Shown here piece by piece: positions 19,016 to 28,763 of a DNA stretch of 64,000 nucleotides. Location of the stretch: assembly GCA_965197585.1 (NCBI GenBank), contig OZ240215.1, positions 1,024,001 to 1,088,000 of the forward strand. Reading direction: 5' to 3'. Each line of letters opens with the position of its first letter. Within the stretch, counting starts at the first letter, position 1. Made by a program: the position numbers and the translations under genes. Origin of the DNA: Dehalococcoidia bacterium. GTDB taxonomy: Bacteria; Chloroflexota; Dehalococcoidia; Plut-88900. The notes beneath the pieces were generated by a model. The model saw only the letters and a list, made by a program, of their open reading frames with translations, was not told the DNA's origin and ran no database searches.

Positions 19016-20239
19016 ATGAAGGTTTCCTATTTCCATTTGATGCCGTACCAGGACCTGCCCCGGGACTTCGAGTCCCGGTACCACAGCGCGTGGGTCGACC
19101 TGCCCAACGAGCACTTCGACTCGGCGAAGGGTGGACAGTACTACAAAGACTACTTAGCACAGCTCCAGCACGCAGACCAGCTGGGCTTCGACGGCATCTG
19201 CGTCAACGAGCACCACGGCAATGCCTATGGCCTGATGCCCTCACCGAACCTGATGGCGAGCATCCTGACCCAGACCACGTCCGACGCGGCGCTCATAGTG
19301 CTGGGCAACAGCCTCGCTCTCTACCAGCCACCGCTCAGGGTAGCGGAAGAGATGGCTATGCTCGACATAATGAGCGGTGGCAGGCTCGTAGCGGGGTTCC
19401 CGGTGGGAACCTCGATGGACACTACGTTCTCCTATGGACAGGTCCCGTTGCAACTGCGGGAACGCCACGCCGAGGCACACGACCTGATTATGAAGTCGTG
19501 GACGGAGAGAAAACCCTTCGCCTTCAACGGGAAGTACACCAAGCTGCGGTACGCGAACGTCTGGCCCCGACCCCTACAGAAGCCTCACCCACCGGTCTGG
19601 ATACCGGGAAGCGGGAGTTTGGAGACGTGGGACTGGGTGCTTAACCACAACTACGTCTACTGCTACCTGAGCTACTTCGGGTACCAGAGGGCCGAGAAAG
19701 TGGTGCAGGGCTACTGGAACACCGTCGCCGAGCGGGGCATCGACGACAACCCACACAGGTTTGGGTTCCTTCAGTTGGTGTGTGTCTCGGAGACGGATGA
19801 GCAGGCGGAAAAGGACTACGCGGAGCACGTGAAGTACTTCTACCAGAAGATGCTCTGGATACACCCGCCCTTTGCGGAGGCGCCCGGGTACCGGTCGATA
19901 AACTCGATGCGGAATTCGGCAAGAGCGCAGACGGGAAAGGAAGCGGCAAAAGCAGCGCTGGAGATGGGCTGGAAGGACTACGTGGAGAAGGGGCACATCA
20001 TCGCCGGGAGCCCGAGCACCGTGCGTGAACAGCTCACCGACGCCGTCAAGAGGCTCAGGATCGGCCACCTGATGTGCCTGCTGCACATTGGCAGTATGCC
20101 CGACGATATAGCCCGCAAGAACACGGAGCTCTTTGCCAAGGAAGTCATGCCGGGCCTCCAGGGATTGTTCAGCGAGTACGACGACCCGTGGTGGCCGCAA
20201 GCCGTGTCGAGACCCGTGGCGGCTCCTACGGTAGGCTAA
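19016..20239 (+). CDS. LLM-class flavin-dependent oxidoreductase
   Basis: VNEHH, RVAEEMAMLD and PRPLQKPHPPVW motifs. Confidence 0.92.
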   Translation: MKVSYFHLMPYQDLPRDFESRYHSAWVDLPNEHFDSAKGGQYYKDYLAQLQHADQLGFDGICVNEHHGNAYGLMPSPNLMASILTQTTSDAALIVLGNSLALYQPPLRVAEEMAMLDIMSGGRLVAGFPVGTSMDTTFSYGQVPLQLRERHAEAHDLIMKSWTERKPFAFNGKYTKLRYANVWPRPLQKPHPPVWIPGSGSLETWDWVLNHNYVYCYLSYFGYQRAEKVVQGYWNTVAERGIDDNPHRFGFLQLVCVSETDEQAEKDYAEHVKYFYQKMLWIHPPFAEAPGYRSINSMRNSARAQTGKEAAKAALEMGWKDYVEKGHIIAGSPSTVREQLTDAVKRLRIGHLMCLLHIGSMPDDIARKNTELFAKEVMPGLQGLFSEYDDPWWPQAVSRPVAAPTVG

Positions 20240-20258
20240 AAGATTTCGGAGAAGACAC

Positions 20259-21053
20259 TTGGTCGAATATAAAGAAACAACGCTCTCCTTGCGTGGAGGC
20301 AAGTTCGAGATTCAGCTCGTGGAAGGGGGCTCGGGGCCCGATTTGCTCTACCTGCACGGGGAGCATGGGTTCCCGGGGTGGGCCCCATTCATCGACGCCC
20401 TGGCCGAAAAGTTCCACGTCTATGCTCCGGCCCATCCGGGTGTCGCTGAATCCATTGGCCTGGAGGAATTGGACGACTTGTGGGACTTGGTCTTGTTCTA
20501 TGAAGAGCTGATGACGGGGCTGGGAATCGAGGGCGCTGGAGTCGTGGGCCATTCCTACGGCGGCATGGTGGCTGCCGAGCTGGCAGCGCACAGGAAGGAC
20601 CTCGTGTCCAGGTTGGCATTAGTGGCATCCCTCGGTCTTTGGCGGGATGAAGCCCCTACCTTGGACTTCTTCACTCTGACACCATCAGAAGAGGCGAATG
20701 CCTTTTGCTTTGACCCCGAAAGTAAAGCAGCAAAGTCGGCCTTCGCAGTGCCGTCAGACCCAGAGGCCAAGAAAGAGGCGATGATCGAGCGGGCCAAAAC
20801 CCTATCGTCTATCGGCAAGTTCATCTGGCCCATCCCCGACCGCGGGCTGCCGAAGAGAGCGCATCGTATCGGAGCGCCGACGCTGCTGGTGTGGGGCGAC
20901 TCGGACAGGATAGTGCCGCCGGAATACGGGAATGCGTTTCAGGACCTGATTGCCGGTGCAGAGCTGCAGGTGATCGAGAACTGTGGTCACCTGCCCCAAT
21001 ACGAGCGGCCTGAGGCATTCGTGTCGGCAGTGTCGGCATTCATGACTCGATAA
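20259..21053 (+). CDS. Alpha/beta fold hydrolase
   Basis: LHG, GHSYGG nucleophile elbow, WGDSD and CGH motifs. Confidence 0.9.
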   Translation: MVEYKETTLSLRGGKFEIQLVEGGSGPDLLYLHGEHGFPGWAPFIDALAEKFHVYAPAHPGVAESIGLEELDDLWDLVLFYEELMTGLGIEGAGVVGHSYGGMVAAELAAHRKDLVSRLALVASLGLWRDEAPTLDFFTLTPSEEANAFCFDPESKAAKSAFAVPSDPEAKKEAMIERAKTLSSIGKFIWPIPDRGLPKRAHRIGAPTLLVWGDSDRIVPPEYGNAFQDLIAGAELQVIENCGHLPQYERPEAFVSAVSAFMTR

Positions 21054-21072
21054 GGACAAAAGGAGAAATAAC

Positions 21073-22194
21073 ATGGCTGCGTACAGGGTGATCTCCTCCG
21101 ACTCCCACATAATCGAACCACCCGACCTGTGGACGGCGAGGGTCGAGGGCCGGTTCAAGGAAAAGGCCCCGAGAGTTGTCTCGGAAGAGAATGGGGACTG
21201 GTGGTACATAGACGGACATCGCACCAACTCCTTTCAGAGCGGCGCTTTCGCAGGCGTGCGTTTCGACAACCCGGAAGACCTGCGGATGAGCGCCAAGTGG
21301 GAGAACGTTCGGCCCGGCGGCTTCATGATCGACGACAGGATCAAGGACCTTGACGCCGATGGCGTGGACGGCGAGGTGATTTACCCGACAGAAGGGCTGC
21401 TGGCCTACAACACCGGAGACCCGGAGCTGCTAACAGCGATATGCGCCACCTACAACGAAGCGATGTCCGAGTTCTGTAGCCCCGCCCCCGACCGGCTCAA
21501 GGGCATCGCCATGATCAACGTCGACGATGTCGGGAGTGCGGTGAAGGAGATGAACAGGAGCCGGCAGTTGGGACTCGTTGGTGCGATGATTACAGTCTAT
21601 CCGACCGAAGACAAGTCCTACGACCGGCCCGAATACGAACCGTTCTGGGAGGCCGCCGAGGAACTGGGAATGCCGCTGAGCCTCCACGTCGCTACCGGCC
21701 GGCCGGGACCCGGGCAGGAGTTCCAGGACCCGACCAACGTGCGGCCCGCGTTCTTCGCCACCGCCGATTACTGGGTGCGTGTATCGTTGGCCCACATGAT
21801 CTTCTCGGGTGTTTTTGAACGGCACCCGGGGCTGAAGGTGATATCTGTGGAGCATGAGGTGGCGTGGGCGCCCTTCTTCATCGAGTTGCTGGACTACACC
21901 TACACCCAACGCGCCCACCGGGGCCCCGGATGGCGGCGCTTCAAGCCGGGCGTATTGCCCAGCCACTTCTTCCGGTCCAACATTCTGATCAGTTTCCAGG
22001 AGGACGGACGAGGTATCAATGACCGCGCTGCGATAGGCGTCGACAACCTGATGTGGGGATCAGACTACCCGCACACGGAGTCGACGTTCCCGAGGTCTCG
22101 GCAGATCCTGGACGAGATCCTGGCCGGCGTCCCCGAGTATGAGAAGGCGAAGATAGCCGGAGGCAACGCCGCCCGGCTGTACAACTTCAACTAG
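21073..22194 (+). CDS. Amidohydrolase (Amidohydro_2 family)
   Basis: SSDSHIIEP, LHV and MWGSDYPH motifs. Confidence 0.9.
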   Translation: MAAYRVISSDSHIIEPPDLWTARVEGRFKEKAPRVVSEENGDWWYIDGHRTNSFQSGAFAGVRFDNPEDLRMSAKWENVRPGGFMIDDRIKDLDADGVDGEVIYPTEGLLAYNTGDPELLTAICATYNEAMSEFCSPAPDRLKGIAMINVDDVGSAVKEMNRSRQLGLVGAMITVYPTEDKSYDRPEYEPFWEAAEELGMPLSLHVATGRPGPGQEFQDPTNVRPAFFATADYWVRVSLAHMIFSGVFERHPGLKVISVEHEVAWAPFFIELLDYTYTQRAHRGPGWRRFKPGVLPSHFFRSNILISFQEDGRGINDRAAIGVDNLMWGSDYPHTESTFPRSRQILDEILAGVPEYEKAKIAGGNAARLYNFN

Positions 22195-22210
22195 TCTTAC
22201 CCACCCCCCG

Positions 22211-22350
22211 CCGTCATTCCTGCGGAGGCAGGTCGCAGATGCGCCAAGGCGTGAAACCATCCCTCCTGAAGGCGCACCCCCCGCCGAGCCGGAATCCATC
22301 CCTGGGGCCGAGGGGCCGCTCACCCTGAGCTCCGTCGAAGGGTCGAGCGG
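22211..22350. repeat. Cluster of REP-like palindromic elements
   Basis: ccgtcattcctgcggaggcagg...ggaatccatccc (interrupted) and the hairpin ccgctcaccctgagctccgtcgaagggtcgagcgg, downstream of the operon. Confidence 0.55.
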
Positions 22351-22407
22351 GGGGGGGCCGCACTTGCCGACCCGTCGCGCCCGCCCCCCAAAAATGACAC
22401 GAACCCC

Positions 22408-22437
22408 TTGACCAAACTTGTACACATGTACTATATT
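22408..22437 (+). promoter_or_regulatory. Putative promoter overlapping a GTAC-N4-GTAC (LexA Cheo-box-like) site
   Basis: TTGACC-18nt-TATATT with gtacacatgtac inside the spacer. Confidence 0.4.
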
Positions 22438-23209
22438 CACCCCCGATAGGCCAATCACTCACCCTAAACCCAAAGGAGGAACCACAACCCAGGGGGAAGC
22501 CCACCCGACCCCACCCGAGGACTCAACGCCTAAGCCCATCCCAACGGCCCTCGCGCAGGCCCGCGGCACAAGCAAACGACGCCATCTCCTCTTACCGGGC
22601 CCCGTGCCCCCTTCCCTGACCACTAGGCGATGGAAGACGCCCTGGACCGTACTTGAAAGTCTCCTTACGGAGCAACCTTGTCCTATGGAGCGGAACGGGG
22701 CAGCCCGTAGCCGAGGCCCGCTCGGCTCTCCGTCCGCTTCCTCAAATAAACTGGGCTGCCGTCGTCTCCCGGCTCCGGGACATCGTCGGCTAACTGGATA
22801 CCCCGTACTCCTGCGAGGGGAACTGACCCTGGACTTTCCCCTTCCTGCACCCGCCTCCGGCGGACAGCGCAGCCAACCCTGTATCGGAGCCTATGACGGA
22901 TGACGGACCCGTACGTCCGACCATACTTCCAGGTCTAGGCGGCGGCGGAGCCCCGTCCCCACGTTCCCGGGATGCCTCCATGCCCGCATTATCTAAATAT
23001 AGGGAGCCGAATCCGGCAAGCGTCTTTCATCGCCTTCCCCCTACTACACCAAACCGAAACCCCAACACCCAATCGAAGATGGAACATCCGCCTCTGGAGG
23101 ACTGAATAACCCACCCCCCTCACCCGAGGGGAGCCTGTCCGCCTTAGGCGGATCATTCCCGACCCCGATCGTGACTCCCTGTGTTGGAAGACGCCTTGGA
23201 ACGTAGTGG

Positions 23210-23467
23210 CTACACCCCCTCTGGGCGGCGGGCCAGGGCCGACTCTATGGCGGTGACCAGGGCCATCGCCGACTCCGGCGTGAGTTCCACGGCCACCCTC
23301 GCGCTCAGACCCCTGTCCTCATTCACGAAGCTGATGTTGAGTGAATGGTCCATGGGGGCGTGATAGGGGTGGTCATAGGTGACGTTGGCCTGCTTTAGCG
23401 GGAACCAACCCTGGTGCCCCTTCCCACTCCCCGAGACTTCAACCTTTTCGACAATCATGGTGCACAT
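23210..23467 (-). CDS. DUF6295-like small protein
   Basis: MCTMI...GSGKG..GWF...YDHPYHAP...RVAVEL; start reassigned to the MCT codon. Confidence 0.7.
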   Translation of the reverse strand: MCTMIVEKVEVSGSGKGHQGWFPLKQANVTYDHPYHAPMDHSLNISFVNEDRGLSARVAVELTPESAMALVTAIESALARRPEGV

Positions 23468-23513
23468 GTTTTTCTCCAGCGTGATTAGACTCAACTCTGA
23501 GTAGGCATGAACG

Positions 23514-24269
23514 CTAGCTGAGGTGCCTCTCGAAGAAGTCCCAGATCCTGGCCCAGCCGTCGACAGCATGCTCTACGCGGTAGGCGGGGCGATGGTAGTA
23601 AAAGAAGCCGTGGCCCGCGTTGGGATACCTGTGGAACTCGTAGTTCTTCCCGTGCTTCTTCAGCTCGGCTTCATGAATGTCTACCTGCTCCGGCGTTGGA
23701 GATTGGTCATCCAAGCCGAAGAGCCCGAGGATGGGGCACGAGACGTTCGCAGTGTAGTCGATTGGAGCGACAGGGTTCTTGTCGTTTAGCTGGTCCTTGG
23801 ACATGACGACTCCCCCGCCCCAGCAGTCGACCCCGGCATCGAATCCCGACTCCCGGCCCACGGTTAACATGACGTGTCGGCCGCCGGAGCAAGTACCGAA
23901 CACGCCGACCTTGCGGTTGTGGTACGGCAGGACCCGGAGGTATCTCATAGCCCCTACGATGTCACCGACAGCCTGATCATCGGGGACACCACCGTCGGCC
24001 CAGACCCTGGCGCCAACGTCTTCAGGGTCGCCGTGACCCTCGCGATGATAGAGATTTGGTGAGATGGCCGCGAAGCCGTGGTGCGCGAACCGGCGCGCGG
24101 CCTCCCTGTACCACTCGTCCCAGCCGGGCAGGTGATGGATGAGCACCACGCCCGGGAAGGGGCCGCTGCCCAGCGGACGGGCGAAGTAGGCGTTGATAGA
24201 GTCTCCGTTGTGTCCATGCATGGTTATGGTCTCGGCCAGCATGCCTTCGTACATATTCGTCTGGTACAT
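23514..24269 (-). CDS. Dienelactone hydrolase family protein
   Basis: GTCSGG nucleophile, GLFGLDD and AGHGF motifs; GGAGG RBS. Confidence 0.9.
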   Translation of the reverse strand: MYQTNMYEGMLAETITMHGHNGDSINAYFARPLGSGPFPGVVLIHHLPGWDEWYREAARRFAHHGFAAISPNLYHREGHGDPEDVGARVWADGGVPDDQAVGDIVGAMRYLRVLPYHNRKVGVFGTCSGGRHVMLTVGRESGFDAGVDCWGGGVVMSKDQLNDKNPVAPIDYTANVSCPILGLFGLDDQSPTPEQVDIHEAELKKHGKNYEFHRYPNAGHGFFYYHRPAYRVEHAVDGWARIWDFFERHLS

Positions 24270-24321
24270 AAATCGCCTCCTTGAGTTCTGGGAGCTTTAC
24301 TTGGTCTGTGGCCGGGGTACG

Positions 24322-25311
24322 TTATGCCTTCTCGACGGCAGGAATGATCTCCTTGGCGAAAATCTCGGACTGGTCCAGCATGTCCTGGAAATCGTCTGTG
24401 GCGGTGTGCATCACGATGAAGTGGTCGACGCCCATCTTCTTTAGCCCGACCAATCTTTCGATGATCTCGTCCGTAGTCCCAATCCAGTGACCGCTCACCA
24501 GGTCCTCGGTGGGGGTGTTCCTACGGAAGTAGCCGAGAGTGCTGTCCTGGTAGCGCTTGACCGCCAGATCATGGTCTTTTTCGACCCGAAGGTCGGCCCA
24601 TACGCAGAAGTCGATGTCGGAAATGGTCCTACCGTTCTCTTCGAGCATGGGGGCAAGAGATTTGAGGACTGTCGGGGTCTCGGGGTCACGGACCATGGGC
24701 CCGAGACCGTACTTGGCGGTCCTCCTGAGAGAAGCCTCGCCGTGGGCTGCCAGGTACATGGGCAGCGGTCGTTGCACGGGTTTGGGACTGAGCTCCATAC
24801 TCCCGAACTCCACGTATTTACCGGAATAGGAGGCCGGGCCATCGCCGTTTAGGAGCAATGCCAGGGCGTCCAACTTCTCATCGAGCATGTTTCCCCGATG
24901 AGCGCCTCGGCTCCGCGGCCTTACGGTGACGAACTCCTCCCGAGAGCCGCCGAGGCCCAAACCCAACAGGAACCGCCCATTGCTGAATTGGTCAAGGGTC
25001 GCCGACTGCTTGGCCAGGATGACGGGGTCCCGTAGAGGGATGATTACCACACCGGCGCCCAGTTTAATGGTCTTCGTGACGCCGGAAAGGCTGGCGAGGC
25101 TGATCATAAGCTCGTACCAGTTGGGCTCAGTGTCGTCGGATGGACGGCCTCTGAGGTCGGAGACCGGGGCGGTGAAGTCGAACCCCCAAAGGGCGTAGTA
25201 GCCGAGCCGCTCGGCGTCCTGGGCGAAGTGCACAAGCTCCGCAGGCCCGGCAAAGTTGGCCGGGACCAGGAAACCCTCCATGCAATTGGGCAGGGCGATG
25301 TCGAACTTCAT
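24322..25311 (-). CDS. LLM-class (possibly F420-dependent) oxidoreductase
   Basis: AERLGY, RDPVILAKQSATLDQFSNGR and PKPVQRP motifs; start reassigned to MKFDI. Confidence 0.88.
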   Translation of the reverse strand: MKFDIALPNCMEGFLVPANFAGPAELVHFAQDAERLGYYALWGFDFTAPVSDLRGRPSDDTEPNWYELMISLASLSGVTKTIKLGAGVVIIPLRDPVILAKQSATLDQFSNGRFLLGLGLGGSREEFVTVRPRSRGAHRGNMLDEKLDALALLLNGDGPASYSGKYVEFGSMELSPKPVQRPLPMYLAAHGEASLRRTAKYGLGPMVRDPETPTVLKSLAPMLEENGRTISDIDFCVWADLRVEKDHDLAVKRYQDSTLGYFRRNTPTEDLVSGHWIGTTDEIIERLVGLKKMGVDHFIVMHTATDDFQDMLDQSEIFAKEIIPAVEKA

Positions 25312-25477
25312 TGTTGTTCTCCGTGTGAGGGGTGGGGGCGGGGATGAGGTTATTCTAATGGGAGGGGGGTGGGTGAGCAATGGAGTCGTTCATAGCTAGG
25401 GGAGTCCTGTGTCGGGGCACGGTGACGATGGAGAATAGAAGGAGTGGGAAGCTAATGGAGGAGCGCAGGTGAGCCGG

Positions 25478-25818
25478 CTATTCTTCTTGCAACAATGCAT
25501 CGACTTCCTTGGCTAGTGTTGGGAGATTCAATTCTACAACGCCCCAGACCAAACGATTGTCGACGTCCGCGTATCCATGAATCAAGACGTTGCGGAAGGC
25601 CTGATGCGCCTATACTGGGTGATCCTGCCGACCAACTCTTCGTCCACCCCGGCAAGGCGGGTCATGGCCTCGCCTATGATCTCGAACTCTCTCTCCACAG
25701 CAGCGCACAACATTGCGTCACTTTCGTAGTCCTCAAAAATCTTGTCCCTAGTGAAATCTTGGAGCAAGGTGACGGCACTCTTAATGTCGTGCAGGTATTT
25801 CTTCGCCTGGAGCGCCAT
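25478..25818 (-). pseudogene. hepT: HEPN (DUF86/HepT) toxin, frameshifted
   Basis: AAVEREFEIIGEA in one frame; after a 1-nt loss near 25601 the sequence continues FRNVLIHGYADVD..LVW to TAG at 25478; total length 341 nt. Confidence 0.85.
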
Positions 25819-26116
25819 ATACGGACATCCTTGTCTTCTGTACCACTTCGAGGAAGTACGGATTCCTGATAGCTGAGCCGACCACCAAGTCCACGGGCTT
25901 GTTGAAGAGGCTTTCCAAGGACTCCCAGAGGCCGAAATAGGCGTCCGCATAGGCCCCGAAGCCCGTGGGTCGGAATTCGACCACGAAATCCAAGTCGCTG
26001 CCCTTTGTATAGCCCTCACCGGTTGCAGCGGAGCCGAACAGACTGAGACATAGCACGTTATGCCGGCGACAAAGCCGTTTTATGTCTGCGTAACTTTCTG
26101 CCACTACTTCGATCAT
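25781..26116 (-). CDS. mntA: Minimal nucleotidyltransferase (MNT) antitoxin
   Basis: LFGSAA...SDLDFVV...VDLV...NPY motifs. Confidence 0.88.
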   Translation of the reverse strand: MIEVVAESYADIKRLCRRHNVLCLSLFGSAATGEGYTKGSDLDFVVEFRPTGFGAYADAYFGLWESLESLFNKPVDLVVGSAIRNPYFLEVVQKTRMSVYGAPGEEIPARH

Positions 26117-26332
26117 TGATGGTCTCCCGGTCTGAGGCCCCAGCCTTTGTGCTCGTCGTCAATATGTGCTTTGGCCTGTATGTGTCGTTCCGATATCCTG
26201 CTGCCCTCCTCCTAGGAGCCATTCTAACATGGACCCGGAGTCGTCTTGAGCCAATGCGGAACAGTGGCGATTGAGGTAGTAACGGGCTAAGATTGGGGGC
26301 CGAGTCCGACACGAGAGTAGAAAGGGACCGAT

Positions 26333-27250
26333 TTGAAATTAGGCATGGTAGGCCTCGGGCGGATGGGCGCAAACATGGCCCTGCGTCTGATGAGGGGCGG
26401 CCACGAAGTCGTGGCCTATGACCCGCAACTCGAGGCAGTACGGGCCATCGAGAGTGAAGGCGCTTCGGGTGCAAACTCCCTTGAGGAGTTGGTTGAAACA
26501 CTGACCTCCCCCAAAGCGGTATGGGTGATGGCCCCTGCAGGAGACCCTACCGAAACCACGATTCACGCTCTTAGTAATCTCCTATTTACCGGCGACGTCG
26601 TAGTGGATGGAGGCAATGCGTTCTACAAGGACAGTATGCGCCGCGCCGAGATGCTTAAGGAGAAGGGAATCGGATATCTGGATGCCGGCACCAGTGGAGG
26701 CGTCTGGGGTCTGGAGGAGGGCTATTGCCTGATGGTCGGCGGGGATGAGTGGGCCTATGAATTCATGCTGCCCGCGCTGGAGACCCTGGCCCCGAGCGGA
26801 GGAGTGGGTCTCGGAAGAGTGGGAGCGGCGGGCGCGGGCCACTTCGTAAAGATGGTTCACAACGCGGTCGAATACGGACTAATGCAGGCCTACGCCGAGG
26901 GTTTCGAATTGATGTCGGCAAGCGATAAATTTGACATAAACCTAGAGCAGGTGGCCGAGACTTGGCGTCACGGCAGTGTCGTTCGCTCATGGCTGCTGGA
27001 CCTGACCGCCCGAGCCCTGAAGGATGACCCGGGTTTGGCAGGCATACGTGCGTACGTGGAAGACACGGGTGAAGGGCGGTGGGCTGTGCAAGAGTCGGTT
27101 GATCTGTCGGTGCCCGTGCCAGTGATCGCGGCATCGCTGCAGGCCCGGTTCCGGTCTCGGCAGGAAGAGCCCTTGGGCGCGAGGCTGCTGGCCGCGCTTC
27201 GCAAGGAGTTCGGTGGACACCAGGTTATGAAATCGGACGATGGAAGATAA
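26333..27250 (+). CDS. gnd: 6-phosphogluconate dehydrogenase, decarboxylating (short-chain type)
   Basis: GLGRMG, DGGN, GTSGG, KMVHNAVEY and DTGEGRW motifs. Confidence 0.93.
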   Translation: MKLGMVGLGRMGANMALRLMRGGHEVVAYDPQLEAVRAIESEGASGANSLEELVETLTSPKAVWVMAPAGDPTETTIHALSNLLFTGDVVVDGGNAFYKDSMRRAEMLKEKGIGYLDAGTSGGVWGLEEGYCLMVGGDEWAYEFMLPALETLAPSGGVGLGRVGAAGAGHFVKMVHNAVEYGLMQAYAEGFELMSASDKFDINLEQVAETWRHGSVVRSWLLDLTARALKDDPGLAGIRAYVEDTGEGRWAVQESVDLSVPVPVIAASLQARFRSRQEEPLGARLLAALRKEFGGHQVMKSDDGR

Positions 27251-27252
27251 AT

Positions 27253-28671
27253 ATGAAAGATTTGTATAAGCAGACAGCCCGGCAGATGGTAGAGCTTCTG
27301 CGAACGCGACAGGTCAGTCCCCTGGAGGCGATTGACGCTTCCGTGGCCCGTATCGAGGAGACGGACGGCCATCTTAACGCCCTCCCGACCCTCTGCGTGG
27401 AGCGGGCAAGGGAGAATGCGAAGAAACTGATGGCGGAGCCGCCTCGGGAACCGGGGCGAGGGAATCTCTACGGCTTGCCCATAGCCGTGAAGGACTTGGT
27501 AGACGTGGCCGGGGTGCGATCCACCAAGGGTTCGCCTATCTACGCGAACCGGGTTCCGAGGGAGTCCTCCTACTCGGTGGGGATTCTGGAGGCCAACGGG
27601 GCGGTGGTGATCGGCAAATCGAATACACCGGAGTTTGGGGCGGGCGCCAACACTTTCAACGAGGTGTTCGGGAAGACCCGGAACCCGTGGGACACCCGTA
27701 CCACTTGTGGAGGCTCTTCGGGTGGCTCGGCGACGGCTTTGGCCTCGGGTCAGCTCTGGCTGGCCACGGGGAGCGACCTTGGCGGGAGCCTGAGAATTCC
27801 TGCGAGCTTTTGCTCGGTGGTGGGCCTGCGCCCGAGCCCCGGCCGCGTGCCGGAAGGGCCCAAGGCATTGCCGTTCGAGACACTGTCGGTAGACGGGCCG
27901 ATGGGCCGTACCGTCGGGGACACGGCCCTTATGCTCGACGCGGAGGCAGGGCATCATCCCGGTGACCCCTTGAGCTACCCCGCCCCCGAGTCCTCATACG
28001 TGGAAGCTGTGAACAACCCCAATCCCCCTACCCGGATCGCCTACACACCCGATCTCGGCATCGCTCCCGTGGTGTCAGAGGTGAAGGATCTCTGCGCCAA
28101 GGCAGTAAAGCTCTTCGATGGGATAGCCGAGGTGGAAGAGGACACCATCGACCTGCACGACGCCCGGGACACCTTTCAAACTCTGCGTGCATCCCAGTTC
28201 GCGGCGAACATGAAACCGCTGCTCGGAACACATAGAGACCAGCTGAAGCCGGAAGTCATCTGGAACATCGAAAAGGGGTTGGCTTTAAGTCGGCGGGATG
28301 TAGAGAAGGCACAGGCGGCTCGCGGTGCGTTGTTTCACCGAGTCACAGCCTTCTTCCAGAAGTACGACTTGCTGGTCTGTCCAACAGTCTCGGTCCCTCC
28401 ATTCGACGTGGATATCCGCTACCTGACGGAGATTGAAGGCGTGGAGCTGGACAACTACGTCGATTGGCTGCTGCTGACCTTCGCTCTGACACTGACGGCT
28501 TGCCCGGCGATATCCGTGCCGTGCGGCTTTACGGAGTCGGGGTTGCCGGTCGGGCTGCAGATCGTAGGTCCGCCGAGGGGCGAAGCCCCGATGCTCTCAG
28601 CGGCGGCCCTGTTCGAGCAGGCTGCGGGTCTGGCGTCGAAGGTGCCGATTCATCCGGTCGTAAGGCACTAG
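27253..28671 (+). CDS. Amidase signature family protein
   Basis: VKD, GGSSGGS and GSDLGGSLRIPA motifs. Confidence 0.93.
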   Translation: MKDLYKQTARQMVELLRTRQVSPLEAIDASVARIEETDGHLNALPTLCVERARENAKKLMAEPPREPGRGNLYGLPIAVKDLVDVAGVRSTKGSPIYANRVPRESSYSVGILEANGAVVIGKSNTPEFGAGANTFNEVFGKTRNPWDTRTTCGGSSGGSATALASGQLWLATGSDLGGSLRIPASFCSVVGLRPSPGRVPEGPKALPFETLSVDGPMGRTVGDTALMLDAEAGHHPGDPLSYPAPESSYVEAVNNPNPPTRIAYTPDLGIAPVVSEVKDLCAKAVKLFDGIAEVEEDTIDLHDARDTFQTLRASQFAANMKPLLGTHRDQLKPEVIWNIEKGLALSRRDVEKAQAARGALFHRVTAFFQKYDLLVCPTVSVPPFDVDIRYLTEIEGVELDNYVDWLLLTFALTLTACPAISVPCGFTESGLPVGLQIVGPPRGEAPMLSAAALFEQAAGLASKVPIHPVVRH

Positions 28672-28763
28672 GCAACTGGGCTAGGGGAAGACCTGCTCAT
28701 ATCGGCGGAGGAAGTGGCGCCCATGATGGGCTTGACCTCTCTAGCGTAGAGTCATAGCCGCTC

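Noticed and set aside
22418-23105. 161-, 63- and 70-aa ORFs in the 1-kb intergenic region
   Set aside because: Pro/Arg-rich, low-complexity translations across palindromic repeats; no suitable RBS or motif
28672-28749. In-frame extension after the amidase TAG (…SAEEVAPMMG…), suggesting read-through or an LLM-like tail remnant
   Set aside because: The amidase already ends at the normal family position; the similarity is too short and there is no evidence for pyrrolysine
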